From an uncultured delta proteobacterium (GTDB taxonomy: Bacteria; Myxococcota_A; Polyangia; Polyangiales; Polyangiaceae), in the NCBI GenBank assembly GCA_963696385.1, contig CAVOKF010000004.1, positions 864,001 to 928,000 on the forward strand: a stretch of DNA of 64,000 nt, read 5' to 3'. The position numbers and the translations under genes are program-made. Of the stretch, positions 22,597 through 34,068 are shown one piece after another. Under the pieces are notes generated by a model. The model was given only the letters and a program-made list of their open reading frames with translations. It had not been told where the DNA came from and searched no databases. How positions within the stretch are numbered: position 1 is the first letter of the stretch; each line of letters opens with the position of its first letter.

Positions 22597-24569
22597 GACG
22601 GATTCTCTCGGCGACTCGCCGGTAGAGTCCACCAAAACGCCGCGCCACGGCCGACCGCGCCGTCGGCCCATACGCGTCCGCCGTGACGGTCCACGATGCG
22701 CCAGACGATGGCGAGACCCACGCCGGTGCCGGGAAACTCCTTTTCGGTGTGAAGCCGCCGAAACGGGGCAAAGAGCTTGCTGGCGTAGGCCGGATCGAAG
22801 CCCGCACCGTTGTCCTTGACGAAAAAAGTCGGGGTTGGGTCTTGCTCGACGGATCCGAACTCGACCCTCGGCGTCGCCGTCTTTCGAGTGAACTTCCAGG
22901 CGTTGCCGAGCAGGTTTTCGAGGACGATCTCGATGAGATTCGGATCCACTTCCGCGAAAGCGTGGCCCTCCGCGACGAACGTGACGGCGTGTCCGGGATC
23001 CGACTTCGTCAGCCGATCGGCAATCCGGTGCGCTATCGGCGCGAGATCCACGCGCGCACGAACGAGGTCCGCGCGGTCGATGCGCGACAGCTCCAGCAGA
23101 TCGTCGATGAGGCGCGCCATTCGCTGCGCCGCCGCGCGGATGCGTTGCAAGTGGCCACGACCGTTCGCGTCGAGCTGGCTCGCGCAGTCTTCCATCAACG
23201 CCTGACTGAACCCGTCGATGCTTCGCAGCGGGGCGCGCAGATCGTGCGATACCGAGTAACTGAACGCCTCGAGCTCGGCATTTTTGCGACGAAGATCCTC
23301 CGCGAGCGCCGCCCGTGTCTCGGCGAGCTCGCGAGCGGCGCGCGCTTCGGTCGCCTCCACTTCGGTGCGCAGCAGTCGCTCGCGAATCTGCCGCGTCTCG
23401 TCCTCGAATTGTTTGCGGCGCATCTGAGCGAACACGCGGGCTTTGAGGACCGCGAAGTCGCTGGACTTGGCAATGTAGTCGTCGGCGCCGGCGTCGAGGC
23501 CGCGAATCATCGTGTCGCGGTCTTCGAGCGCGGTAAGCAAGATGACCGGGATGTCTCGGATGCCCTGGGCGCCCTTGATCTGGCGGCATGTGGCTTCGCC
23601 TCCCAGGCCGGGCATGACGACGTCGAGAAGGATGCAATCGACGGGCTGGGCCGCGAGCAGATCGAGCGCCTCCTCGCCCGACCGCGCGAGAGCCACGTCA
23701 AACCCGGCGTCACGCAGGACCGATGAGAGCATCTGCAAGTACGTGTTGCTGTCGTCCACCGCCAGAATCTTCTTCGGTCCCGCCAGGCTCGCCGGAACGT
23801 TCTCGGGGACCTGGGGGGTCGCGGCTCGCAGGATGGCACCCAGCCGCGCGAGAATCACGTCGAGCCGCTCGTCCTTGCGCACGAACCCGTCCGCCCCGGC
23901 GTCCAGCGCGCGCAGCTCGGCACCTCCCTCATCGGACGCCGTGAGCAACAAGCAGGGGATGTGGCGGAGCGCCGCGTCGAGGCGTATCCGACGAATGACG
24001 GTCGCGCCGTCGATTCCGGGCATCACGCCGTCGACGATGACGGCGTGGGGGCGGGCCGCCGCCGCGAGACGCAGCCCCTCCTCGCCCGTCGGCGCGCAAA
24101 GCACCCGGTAGGACCCGGATTCGAGCGCGCCTCGGAGCACCTGCCGGAACGTGAGGCTGTCGTCGATGAGAAGGACAACGCGCTCTTCCGACGGGACCTG
24201 GGATCGGCGCATCAGCTCGAGCGCTCGGGCCACGACGTAGCGGACCTCGTACGGCTTTCCGACGTAGTCGTCTGCGCCGGTCGACAGTCCACGAATGCGA
24301 TCGTGGACCTCCGCTTCCGTCGACAGAAGCATGACGCCCATCCCGGCCGTCGTCGTCGATGTCCGAATCTGCTCGAGCAGATCCACGCCGTTGCCGTCGG
24401 GCAACAACACGTCGAGAATCGCCACGGCGAACCGCTCCTCGCGCAGGGCGGTCTGCGCATCGGCGGCGGTCGCGCAGGCCACCACGTCGAGACCGGCGGC
24501 CCCGAGGGCTTCGGTGAGATCCATTCGGACCGTCAGGCTGTCGTCGACCACCAGGACGTCGTGGGTCAT
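22593..24569 (-). CDS. Histidine kinase with three N-terminal REC domains
   Basis: Three receivers, then SYSVSHDLRAPLR, NAWKFT, DNGAGF, GTGVGL. Confidence 0.92.
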   Translation of the reverse strand: MTHDVLVVDDSLTVRMDLTEALGAAGLDVVACATAADAQTALREERFAVAILDVLLPDGNGVDLLEQIRTSTTTAGMGVMLLSTEAEVHDRIRGLSTGADDYVGKPYEVRYVVARALELMRRSQVPSEERVVLLIDDSLTFRQVLRGALESGSYRVLCAPTGEEGLRLAAAARPHAVIVDGVMPGIDGATVIRRIRLDAALRHIPCLLLTASDEGGAELRALDAGADGFVRKDERLDVILARLGAILRAATPQVPENVPASLAGPKKILAVDDSNTYLQMLSSVLRDAGFDVALARSGEEALDLLAAQPVDCILLDVVMPGLGGEATCRQIKGAQGIRDIPVILLTALEDRDTMIRGLDAGADDYIAKSSDFAVLKARVFAQMRRKQFEDETRQIRERLLRTEVEATEARAARELAETRAALAEDLRRKNAELEAFSYSVSHDLRAPLRSIDGFSQALMEDCASQLDANGRGHLQRIRAAAQRMARLIDDLLELSRIDRADLVRARVDLAPIAHRIADRLTKSDPGHAVTFVAEGHAFAEVDPNLIEIVLENLLGNAWKFTRKTATPRVEFGSVEQDPTPTFFVKDNGAGFDPAYASKLFAPFRRLHTEKEFPGTGVGLAIVWRIVDRHGGRVWADGAVGRGAAFWWTLPASRRENPS

Positions 24570-25645
24570 CGCGTTCCCCTGCTTCCCCTGAGAGGCAGAC
24601 CCTGCGCGGCCAGGGCGAGACTCGGACCGATCTGGTCGAGCGGCAGCACCCTGTCCACAGCCTGCAGGATCACGGCTTCGCGCGGCATGCCGTAGACGAC
24701 GGAGGTGGCCTCGTCCTGCGCCAAGGTCAACCCACCGGCCCGGCGGATCGCCAGAAGCCCGGAGGCTCCGTCCCGTCCCATGCCCGTCAGAAGGCACGCG
24801 ACCGTGGCGGGTCCCATCTCGCGCGCCAGCGACTCGAACAGCACGTCCACGCTCGGACGACACGAGTGCCGTTCGGGCGCGTACGTCAAACGCAGCCGAC
24901 CGTCCTCGACCACCAAATGCCGGTCCGGCGGCGCCATGGCGACACGCCCCGCGAGCGACTCCAGCCGATCTCCATCGCGGGCGTGGCCGACGGGCATCTC
25001 CGACTGACTATCGAGCCACTCGGCGAACGCCGTGCTGAACGGGTCGCCGATGTGGATGACGAGCAAGACCGGTACGGCAAGAGGGGCCGTGAGCGACCGA
25101 AAAATGTCCACGACGGCGGCGGGTCCACCCGTGGATGCGCCCACGGCAATCACCCGGCAGCCGTCTTGGGGGGTCGCCGCCGCCGAAGAGGGCAACGTCC
25201 CCACGCGGCCAAGCGCCGCCAGCCGCGCTCGCGGATGCGTGATCACGCGGATGCGCGAGACCAGCTTGACCGTCGAACGCAGCCGATTCTCCCACTGCCC
25301 GTCGGGCTCGCTGCCGCGCGGCTTTTCGAGGACGTCCACGGCGCCCGCGGCCAGAGCTTCGTAGGTCTGGAAGAGTTCACCCCGGTTGGTGGAGGCCGAG
25401 ACGATGAGGATCGGTGTGGGGAAGTGAGCCATGATGTGCTCGGTCGCGGCCAAGCCGCTGACGCGGGGCAGAATCATGTCCAGCGTCACGACGTCGGGTC
25501 GCAGCTTTGCGCAGAGCTCGATGGCCTCGACTCCGTCGACGGCCTCCGCGACGACCTCGCAGTCGGGGTCCCCCGCGAGCACCTCGACCAGGCGCTTGCG
25601 AACGGTGACCGAGTCTTCCACGACGAGGACACGCACTTTGCCCAT
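24566..25645 (-). CDS. cheB: Chemotaxis methylesterase
   Basis: REC + GASTGG, RPSVDVLF, LTGMGRDG, VYGMP. Confidence 0.95.
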   Translation of the reverse strand: MGKVRVLVVEDSVTVRKRLVEVLAGDPDCEVVAEAVDGVEAIELCAKLRPDVVTLDMILPRVSGLAATEHIMAHFPTPILIVSASTNRGELFQTYEALAAGAVDVLEKPRGSEPDGQWENRLRSTVKLVSRIRVITHPRARLAALGRVGTLPSSAAATPQDGCRVIAVGASTGGPAAVVDIFRSLTAPLAVPVLLVIHIGDPFSTAFAEWLDSQSEMPVGHARDGDRLESLAGRVAMAPPDRHLVVEDGRLRLTYAPERHSCRPSVDVLFESLAREMGPATVACLLTGMGRDGASGLLAIRRAGGLTLAQDEATSVVYGMPREAVILQAVDRVLPLDQIGPSLALAAQGLPLRGSRGTR

Positions 25646-25648
25646 AGG

Positions 25649-27710
25649 TCACCCGATGATCCCCCGAATCAGCTGCAGAAGGTGGCCTTGATCGAACTCG
25701 CCCTTGACCATGTAAGCACGCGCTCCGACGTCGCGACCCCTTTGTCGGTCGGCTTCGGACAATCGCGACGTGAGCAAGATGGCGGGAGTCTCCCGCAGAA
25801 CGGGGTCCGCGCGGGTCCGGGCCACGAAATCGAAGCCGTCGATCCCGGGCATCTCGACATCGACGATGAAGACGCCATAGCGCCGTGCCGCGGCTTTCCC
25901 CAGAGCCTCCTCGGCAGAAGCTGCCAGGTCGACTTCGAAGCCCGCGGACTCGAGAATGCTCTGTTCGAGCATCCGGGTGGTCAACGAATCGTCCACGACG
26001 AGCAGCGGTGGGCGCCGCGCCGCGTCCCAATCGACGTACGCCGCCGCTTCGACGCGCACGGCAGTTACGAGCCTTTCGGGGTCGAGCACCAGCTGCGGAT
26101 GGCCCTCCGCATCGAGCGACGCTCCCGCGACGATGGGTTCGGCGGCCGCTTCAGCGGGAACCGGCCTGACAATCACGCTTTCTATACCGAGCAGGCGGTC
26201 GACCCCCACGGCGGCGAGTGCCGATCCCGACCCCACGACCACAGCCGAGCGGGCGCCGCTAGGGCGTGCGGAAGCGTGCTTGAACAGAGCGGTCGACAGA
26301 AACGCAAAGGGGATGGCCTGGCCGTCGTGCAGGATCGAATCGTGGTCTCCGGATCGGACCACGTCCGAGTCGTTGAGGCGCAGCGTCCGCTGCACGCTCT
26401 CGAGGGGGATCGACGCCGCCGTGTCGCCCATCTCCACCCTGAGCACGGGCAGCGACGAGAGAGCGACGGGAACGCAAATCTCGAGGGTTGTGCCGCGACC
26501 TCGCTCGCTGTGTGCCGTGACGTCGGCCTTGAGACGCGCGGCCGTCTCGCGCACGGCGTCCAAACCGATGCCTCGTCCGGAGACCTCGGTGACGGTCCGG
26601 GTGGTCGTCAATCCGCCCCTGAGAATGAGCTCGACAGCGCGGTCTAGACTGAGACTGGCCGCTTCGGCGGCCGAAAGCAGACCCCGCGACAGGGCAACAC
26701 GACGCAAGGCGTCGACATCGATTCCACGACCGTCGTCGCGGCATCGAAAGACGACCCGAGCGCCGCGACGCTCCACTTCGACGTCCACCCTTCCCACGGG
26801 CGGCTTGCCCGACAGGACGCGCTCGGACGGGGCCTCGATGCCGTGGGCCACGGCGTTTCGAACGAGTTGGAGAAGCACATCGCGCAGCGCCAGAAGAACA
26901 TGCGCGTCGAGTCGGTGTGTGCCGCCGGACGTGTGAAAGCCCACGCTCTTGTGGAGCGACTGCGCCGCGTCCTGGCACACACGTTCCAGCGGCGCGAAGA
27001 CGGAGCTGGCGGGAAGAAGCCGCAGGCGATTGGCGGCATCCCGGACTGCGGAGAGTTCGCGAGCGGCCTGAGCGGCTCCGGAGGACACACTTCGCTGAAT
27101 ACCCCCGAGCGAGCGCAGCAGCTCCTCGGCGAGACCGCGGGCCCTGGCGGCCGAGGGGCTTCCCGCGGGCGATCCGGATTCATCGAGCCGACGCGGACTG
27201 AACAGATCGACGAGAAGCTGAGCGGCCCGTTCCGCGCGCTCGAGAGCCGCTCCCTCGTTCTGCAGGCCACGGACCTGCACCGTCGCCTCGGCGACGCCCT
27301 CGAGCAGAATCGTTCATCTCGCCCACTTCGACGCGGACGGTTTCAAGCGTTTCCTCGGCTCGCGCCGCCCGGGGCAGCGCTCCGTCCCCGTCGCCGGGCG
27401 CGTCGATCGAGCCGATTCTCTTTCGCAGGGCGTTCAGGACCCCGAGCACCCCTGCCACCTCATCGTGAGGCATCGGCCGCGAGCCGTCGCGATAGGGCTC
27501 GAGAGCCCCCTCGAGGGCATGCGTCTGCTCGGCGACGTCAGCGAGCTTGACGACGCGCGAGGCCCCTTTGAGCGTATGCGCGAGGCGCAGCAGACGCGGG
27601 ACCAGTTCCTTGTCGCGCGTGTCCTTCTCGAGCTGGATCAGGCCCTCGCCCAAGCCGTCCAGGAGCTCGCGAGCCTCGATGCGGAAGTATTTGTAGGGGT
27701 CGGTGGACAC
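25649..27710 (-). CDS. cheA: Hybrid CheA (Hpt-kinase-CheW-REC), with an apparent +1 frameshift at about 27308
   Basis: AHTLKGA in ORF 27180-27710; RNAVAHGIE, SGRGIGLD and REC in ORF 25649-27280. Joined by removing one T in CGATTCTGC (EMND/LLEGVAE). Confidence 0.9.
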
Positions 27711-27712
27711 GC

Positions 27713-29185
27713 CTAGACATCCGCCCTGGCCTGGATGATCTTGGACAAATCGCGGGACAGGCCCGCCAGTTGGGTCGCGGTCTGCAGCGTCTGGTTCGAG
27801 CTGGCCTCGGTCTCCTTGGTCGCTTGGGCGACGTTCGAGATCGCCACGTTGACTTGCTCCACGGCCGTCGTCTGCTGTTTGGTGCTGAGCTCGATTTCGC
27901 GCGCCGCATCGCTCGTCGTCCCCACGAGGCCGGCGATCTGTTGAAATGCGGAGGTCACGTCCTTGAACTGCCGCGCTCCCGCGTCGACGGCCTTGGTACC
28001 GCTTTCGGTGGCCATCACAGTCGTGTTCACCGCGGCGCGAATGTCTTCGATGACTCCTCGGATTTCCTTGGTGGACCCGGCGACACGATCGGCCAGTTTG
28101 CGGATCTCGTCGGCCACCACGGCGAAGCGCCTTCCGGCCTCTCCGGCACCGGCTGCCTCGATCGTCGCGTTGATGGAGAGAATATTCGTCTGCTCGGACA
28201 GTTCGTTGATGATCTCCAAGATGCCTCCGGCCTGTTGCGACTTCTTGCCGAGCTCGAGCATGTGCCCGACGATGACATCGACCTGGCGTTTGATGGTGGC
28301 GATCCCTTCTTGCGCTTGCTGCACGGCCTGACTGCCGGCCCGCGCTCCCCCGGCCGTCTCCTCGGCGATGCGCGCCACGCGCTGTGCGCTCTCCGCGATT
28401 TGCTTGGAGGTCGCGAGCAGCTCGCGGATGGTCGTCGACACCTCGCTCGTCGCCGACGACTGTTCGCGTGAACCGCTCGCCTGCTGGGTGGCGGCCGCCT
28501 GAAGCTCGGTCGAAGAGCTTCGCATGCTGGAGATGGCGCGTCCGAGTTGCTGATGGAGCGATCGCGCGATGGCGATCCCCGCAACGGACACGAACGCCAC
28601 GCCGAGCAGCGCTCCGAGCGAGATGGTCGTCTTGGCGGCGCTGGCGCTCGCCTCCGCGGACTCGCTTCGCTCTCGAAGCAGATCGCGTTCCTCCCGATCC
28701 ATCGTCCCGAGCACCGCGCGCAAGTCATCCATCGACTTCTTGCCTTCGTTCGTCAGGACGACTTTCAGCGCGGCATCGAGCCCGGCCCCGCGCCGCAAGT
28801 CGATGGTGCGTTTGAGCTCGCTCAGTTTCGCCTGGATGAAGGAGTCGGCCTGGTCGATGCGCTCCTGCTGCCGCGGGTTGTCCCCCGTGAGGCCCCGAAG
28901 GCTCGACAGGACCGGCCCGTAGGACGCGAGCGCTGCGTGGTAGGGCTCGAGGTACGAATCGTCGTTCGTGAGAACAAAGCCGCGCTGACCGGTCTCGGCA
29001 TCCTTCATGATCGACAAGATGCGCGCCAAATCTTCGACAATCGCGTGGGTGTGGGACACCTTTCGGTCGTTGTCGATGAGCTGATCGGTGCTGCGATACG
29101 AGACGATGCACACCACCAGCAGAATGGCGACCGACAGTCCGAACCCCAACCCGATTTTCCGCCCGAACGTCCATGAATCGGCCAC
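27713..29185 (-). CDS. Methyl-accepting chemoreceptor with CHASE3 sensor domain
   Basis: [43 protein letters not shown]. Confidence 0.95.
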   Translation of the reverse strand: MADSWTFGRKIGLGFGLSVAILLVVCIVSYRSTDQLIDNDRKVSHTHAIVEDLARILSIMKDAETGQRGFVLTNDDSYLEPYHAALASYGPVLSSLRGLTGDNPRQQERIDQADSFIQAKLSELKRTIDLRRGAGLDAALKVVLTNEGKKSMDDLRAVLGTMDREERDLLRERSESAEASASAAKTTISLGALLGVAFVSVAGIAIARSLHQQLGRAISSMRSSSTELQAAATQQASGSREQSSATSEVSTTIRELLATSKQIAESAQRVARIAEETAGGARAGSQAVQQAQEGIATIKRQVDVIVGHMLELGKKSQQAGGILEIINELSEQTNILSINATIEAAGAGEAGRRFAVVADEIRKLADRVAGSTKEIRGVIEDIRAAVNTTVMATESGTKAVDAGARQFKDVTSAFQQIAGLVGTTSDAAREIELSTKQQTTAVEQVNVAISNVAQATKETEASSNQTLQTATQLAGLSRDLSKIIQARADV

Positions 29186-29188
29186 GGT

Positions 29189-29728
29189 TCAGTGCTCCTT
29201 GCTTGGGCCGACGGGGTCGGCGTTGACCTTCAGTGCCAGGACGGCTGCGCGAACGTCAATCACGGGTCGCGCGAGCTCGCCCACGCGCGCCACGTGCTGC
29301 ACGTGGGGGCGAACCTCGCCGCTATCCACAGCGTGCACGTCCTCTCGACGCACCCGCAGGACGCCCTCCCACTGCTCGAACCCGAGCGCCATCGATTCGA
29401 CCCCCCTAGAAAGGGCGAGCCACGACAACGCCGAATCGCCGCGCGAGTAGCCGAGTAGAACCGCAAGACTGCAGACGGGGATCAAGCTGCCCCGGATCCC
29501 CGCAATTCCGGTCACGGCTGCGTTTCGACTCGGAAGCGCGGCGATCCTCCGAGCGGCCGCGAGTCCGGACAGCTCGGTGAGCCGCAGGGCGTAGGGGTCG
29601 CCCGCCACCCGAATGGCGAGCAGGTCTTCCGCGGCGTCTACGGTGCCGAGAGAAGCGCCGGCAAAGCTGCGATCGAAGGCTCGTCGCAGGTCGATCACGT
29701 GCTGTTCGAGCGCGATGGGGGTCGTCAC
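29189..29728 (-). CDS. cheW: CheW-like adaptor
   Basis: LRRAFDRSFA, GIAGIRGSLIPV; GTGA overlap with cheR. Confidence 0.85.
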   Translation of the reverse strand: MTTPIALEQHVIDLRRAFDRSFAGASLGTVDAAEDLLAIRVAGDPYALRLTELSGLAAARRIAALPSRNAAVTGIAGIRGSLIPVCSLAVLLGYSRGDSALSWLALSRGVESMALGFEQWEGVLRVRREDVHAVDSGEVRPHVQHVARVGELARPVIDVRAAVLALKVNADPVGPSKEH

Positions 29729-31263
29729 GCTCGGCCCCGACAAGCCCTTAGCTCCGATCGACAGAGATCGATGAGAGCGTCGCGCGTGAATCCTCCCCCG
29801 AAGAGAAGAATGCGGGAGGGGTCTTCGTGGCCGAGCAGATGGATCGCACGGCTGAGCTCGTCGCGGGCACGCTCGACGTCTCCGGTACGCCGCGCGAGCA
29901 GACCCATTTGAAGATGCGGCATGGCGAATCCGGCATCCAGGTAGGTCGCGATTCGAGCGTGTTCGGCCGCCGCGACGCGGTCGCCTGCGTGATCGCGGCA
30001 CAGCGCCATCAGGTAGTGGGCCCCTGCGTTGAGATCGTCGGCCAAGAGGATCTGTCGACAGACCTGCTCGGCTTCGGCGAGTTGTCCCGCGTTGGTGAGA
30101 AGCACGGCGCGCAGCAGCTGCGCCTCCGGGTCGACGCGCGAAGCCGTCGGCAAGGCCTGCAGCAGACTCATCGCTTCCAAAAAACGCTCTTGGCGAAGCA
30201 ATTCGACCGTGGGCTCGAGATCCACCTCGGTGCGATCGACCGGGGGCGCGGCAGGCGTTGGGTCGGGCGGGCCCGAGAGTCGTCGCGACTCTCCGGCCAT
30301 TCTCGCGATGCGCTCCGAAGCGTTCTGGATCACCTCCACCCAAGACGAACCGTCCCCCAAAAGCGACCCGGGCGACGGATCGGGCTCTGGATTCAATCCG
30401 ACTTTGGGCCCGAGAGCGTGCGCGGGCACGACCGAGTCCTGCAAGGGGTCTCGACGCCGGTAATAGAACGTCCCGTGCGTGTGACACAACTGGAAGGCAT
30501 GGGAAATCCCGCGCAGGGTCTCGGCATGACCCAAAAACAGAAAGCCGCCGGCGCAAAGCGATCGGGCAAGACGCGCAATGACGGCCGCCCGCACTTCGGG
30601 TGTGAAATACATAATGACATTTCTGCAAAATACGATGTCGAACACCTCCGGTTGCCAAAAGGAGGGGGTGTCTTCGAGCAGATTTCGCTCCTCGAAGGAC
30701 ACCATCGTACGCACGGCGTCGTCGAGCCAAAAATCTCGACCGTCCATGCGAAAGTAGCGATGGCGGGTCTCGACGGGCGTTTCACGCAACGACCAGGCCG
30801 AATACCGCCCCCGAACGGCCTTTTCGATCATCGCGGGATTGACGTCGATTCCCCATAAACCGATGTCCCAAGAGGCGGGATCGGGCAAGTGCTCCCGCAC
30901 TACAATCGCGATGGAGTGCGCCTCGTCGCCCGAAGCGCAGCCCGCGGAAAGGATTCGCAAGGCACGGCGGGACCTTTGGGCCTGGACACGGGCCGGCAGC
31001 GCGACTTCCCGTAGCGCGCGAAACTGCTCCACGTGCCGGAAGAAATACGTTTCGCCCACCGTGAGCTCCTGAGCCAGAAACCGCATTTCGGCGGCGCCGT
31101 TCGCGGTCTCGAGCCGTGCGAGGTAGGCATCGACCTGGTCGGCCGGCGCGCGGCCTCGCAGAAGCTCTGCGACCGCCGGAGTCTTGTCTTCGTCGATCTG
31201 CAACCCGAGTTGTCGTTCCACGATCGCAACGAAGTGCGCGACGCCGCCGTCGAGCGTGGTCAT
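29725..31263 (-). CDS. cheR: CheR methyltransferase with C-terminal TPRs
   Basis: TVGETYFFR, SAGCASGDE, FCRNVIMYF, LGHAE; TPR-like tail. Confidence 0.93.
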   Translation of the reverse strand: MTTLDGGVAHFVAIVERQLGLQIDEDKTPAVAELLRGRAPADQVDAYLARLETANGAAEMRFLAQELTVGETYFFRHVEQFRALREVALPARVQAQRSRRALRILSAGCASGDEAHSIAIVVREHLPDPASWDIGLWGIDVNPAMIEKAVRGRYSAWSLRETPVETRHRYFRMDGRDFWLDDAVRTMVSFEERNLLEDTPSFWQPEVFDIVFCRNVIMYFTPEVRAAVIARLARSLCAGGFLFLGHAETLRGISHAFQLCHTHGTFYYRRRDPLQDSVVPAHALGPKVGLNPEPDPSPGSLLGDGSSWVEVIQNASERIARMAGESRRLSGPPDPTPAAPPVDRTEVDLEPTVELLRQERFLEAMSLLQALPTASRVDPEAQLLRAVLLTNAGQLAEAEQVCRQILLADDLNAGAHYLMALCRDHAGDRVAAAEHARIATYLDAGFAMPHLQMGLLARRTGDVERARDELSRAIHLLGHEDPSRILLFGGGFTRDALIDLCRSELRACRGRA

Positions 31264-31763
31264 CGCGCCAGCGCCTGCGGCGCGATCGCCTGCCACACCG
31301 ACTCGGGGACGATGCGAACGGCCTCGAGCACCCACAGCAGCGCCGCATCGAGGGTCCCGACCGCAGCAACGAAGTCGGCACCCGTGCTCGACAGCAGTGG
31401 CGGCAGCACGCCCGCGCTGGTGACCGGAAAGTCGCGGACTCCTTCGACCGCCTCGACCGCCATCACGATGCTGCGCTCGCCGACCCGCAGGGCTACCCAA
31501 CGGCCGGGTTCCATCCCAGGGAGGCCCAACAGCCGGCCCGCGTCGACGACCGGCACCGGCAATCCCCGGACGACCGCCAAGCCCTGAACGAAAGCCGGCG
31601 CGTGGGGGACGGGTGCGATGGCCATCGGACGCATCGTCTCGATGACGTGACCGATTGGAAATGCCAAGCGGCTCGTCCCCTGTCGGCAGAGAAGCGTTCG
31701 CGCCAAGGCTGGCGGCGCTTCGATCAGGACGCTTGCTGAGGCCGGTATCCCCACTTGCACCAT
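31260..31763 (-). CDS. cheW: CheW adaptor
   Basis: VIETMRP, PAFVQGLAVVRGLPVPVVD. Confidence 0.88.
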   Translation of the reverse strand: MVQVGIPASASVLIEAPPALARTLLCRQGTSRLAFPIGHVIETMRPMAIAPVPHAPAFVQGLAVVRGLPVPVVDAGRLLGLPGMEPGRWVALRVGERSIVMAVEAVEGVRDFPVTSAGVLPPLLSSTGADFVAAVGTLDAALLWVLEAVRIVPESVWQAIAPQALAR

Positions 31764-31875
31764 CGCGCATTGTCCGGTGACGGCAGCGCGGCGGCAACAC
31801 CGATCGCGTTCGCTCGCGGGCCAAGCAGTCTCGGCAACAAAAAGCCCTGGCTTTGCGCAGAGTCAACCGAACCAA

Positions 31876-33597
31876 TCACGGCGTGCGGGCGCACCGAAAG
31901 CCCTTGTAGATGTCAAAGTTGTCCGCTGGGGCGGCTTGCGGCGCGAGCGGGACGCAGGGACTAAGGTATTCGCAACCGCGGACCGCTCGATTGTTGGACA
32001 CGGGCAGTACCGGACTCGGTCCAAGAAATGCGCAGTCATCCCCGGGACACGGGTACGCGGCCGGCGCGACATCCAGCGTCCACTGCAACGCCTCGCCGAC
32101 CAAGTCGAGCTGACCCCAGTAACCGGCGCCCAAACTCGCCGTTCCCACGGCCGCGACGGAACACGATCCGGCAGACGCCAGTGTGACGCAGCCCTGACCG
32201 CAATAGATTTGCTGGCCGCAACCGAGATTGAAGTAGCCGCAAGAGCTCGGACCGCAGGCGGCGCTCGCAGAAACGCACGCGCTCGCCGCCGGGTAATCGC
32301 AACTGGTGATCGCGTACTGGGGGTTCCATGCCGCCGGTTCATTGGACCCCGCATCCGTGTCGGGGCCCATCGATCCCCACGGGTACGCGCGCTCCTGGCT
32401 GCCGCCCTGCGCGGCGTACGACCACTCGGTGTCGGTCGGCAAAAAGCCCCCGTCCCAGATGCAGAATGCGTACGCCTCGTACCAGTTGACCTGGGTCACC
32501 GGCAAGTTCTCGGGGCTGCCGGCCGTAGTGGGCCAAAAGTCGTTCACGAGCGCATTCCAGGAAACGCCGTCGGGCGCCAGGTTCGCATCCCAGTCGGTCG
32601 AATCCCATCCCGTCTCGTAGGTCACGGCGGCCCCCTGAGAGGGCGACACGCTCTCATTCACCAATCCGCGCCCCCCATGGAGGTGCGTGTGCTTGCCACT
32701 CCCGCTGGCGGGCGGTGCGCCGGTGGGGCCGGTTATGTAGTTCACGTACTGCCGAAACCGACCCACGGTGACCAGATACTTATCCAGCCGAAAGCCGCTC
32801 ACCGTACTCGGCGAGCCCGCCGTATCGACTGCCCCGTCCAGCGCAATCCGATAAAACGTTCCGCCCGGCACCTCCAGGCTCGTGCAGCAGCTTTCGGTGC
32901 CGCTGCCACCCGAGCCACAGTCGGTCATCCCGGGCCCCCCCGGCGCACAACTCGGTGCGGCGGTCGTGGAGCCCGCGCAAGCACCGTCGGTGCAAGCGCC
33001 CGTCGCGCACGTCCACACGTTGGCCCACCCGCCGTCGGGTTCGCAAGTCTCGACGGCGTCGCCCGAGCACTGCGTTGCGCCGGTTTGGCAAGAACAGATG
33101 CCTTCTCCGGTGCATTGCGGGGCGTTGCCGGGGCACGCCACCGCATCTCCCCAATGACCGTTCGAGCCGCACGTCTGAACGCTGCTCCCCGAACACTGAG
33201 ACGCCATGGGCGTGCAGACGGGCGAGTCATCGAGGGTCGCATCCGCGATCGTCGCGGGCGCGCCGACATCCGCGGCGGCATCCCCGGCGTCCTCCGTGTC
33301 GTTGCCGGATGCACCCGCGTCCGCGGCGCCCGCCTCGGTGGGATGGGCGTCCGCGGGGAGCGGCTCCGTGTCTTCCGCGTCCTGGCTGCCGACGCTCGCG
33401 TCGCTGGCGGTGGCGCCGGAAGCACCCGAGAAACCCGCGGAGCTGGGCATGCCGACGCTCGAGTCGCCGGAGTCGGGTCCGGGGACCCAAGGTGTGCCGA
33501 GGGGGGGCGGCGGACCCGACCCAGAAGGCTCTCCCGCGACGAGACCGCAGCCGAAAAATCCCACGGCAACGGCACCGGAAACGAAAATTCGGCTCAC
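31876..33597 (-). CDS. FGE-sulfatase (CLec-fold) domain lipoprotein with Cys-rich repeats
   Basis: FFGC lipobox; DKYLVTVGRF, VNWYEAYAFC, LPTDTEW, GFRCAR. Confidence 0.85.
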   Translation of the reverse strand: MSRIFVSGAVAVGFFGCGLVAGEPSGSGPPPPLGTPWVPGPDSGDSSVGMPSSAGFSGASGATASDASVGSQDAEDTEPLPADAHPTEAGAADAGASGNDTEDAGDAAADVGAPATIADATLDDSPVCTPMASQCSGSSVQTCGSNGHWGDAVACPGNAPQCTGEGICSCQTGATQCSGDAVETCEPDGGWANVWTCATGACTDGACAGSTTAAPSCAPGGPGMTDCGSGGSGTESCCTSLEVPGGTFYRIALDGAVDTAGSPSTVSGFRLDKYLVTVGRFRQYVNYITGPTGAPPASGSGKHTHLHGGRGLVNESVSPSQGAAVTYETGWDSTDWDANLAPDGVSWNALVNDFWPTTAGSPENLPVTQVNWYEAYAFCIWDGGFLPTDTEWSYAAQGGSQERAYPWGSMGPDTDAGSNEPAAWNPQYAITSCDYPAASACVSASAACGPSSCGYFNLGCGQQIYCGQGCVTLASAGSCSVAAVGTASLGAGYWGQLDLVGEALQWTLDVAPAAYPCPGDDCAFLGPSPVLPVSNNRAVRGCEYLSPCVPLAPQAAPADNFDIYKGFRCARTP

Positions 33598-34068
33598 CTT
33601 CGACAGTGGTTGCCAAGCAAGATGAACGGTTCAGGAAATCGTCCTCCCCCGCGGGCAGCTCGCAGGCCTCGGCGGCGTGCACTGCGAGAACTGCGACATC
33701 GTACCGGTCAAGATCGAGGGCGACGACGGTGTCCGACCCTCCTACGCGATCGATCCGGCGATCGCACAGCGGTTGTGCCGGTGGAGCGAGCGCTGGCTCC
33801 CGTGATCTGCGGGCGACTCCCCGTTTCCAGCAGCGTGCGAAATCCTCCTGAACCGCGCCATGCTTACCAGCAGGAGAAGCTCCGAACTCATCCCCACTTG
33901 CGAGACTCTGTCTCGCGCGAATCAGGTGTTACTGAATGTTTACAGTGAAGCATTCGTTCGTGGGATCCGGCGCGTTTTCCAGTTCACGACGAATGGATTC
34001 GACGCCGTTCGGGCAAGAGCCAGTGGAAGACGCGCGACTTCGTTCTATGGTATTCGCCAAGAGGCAAC

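Noticed and set aside
33900..33950. LexA/SOS box in the palindromes CGAGAC-TCT-GTCTCG and ACTG-N8-CAGT
   Set aside because: Spacing does not fit CTG-N10-CAG; may be another operator, but this is unsupported.
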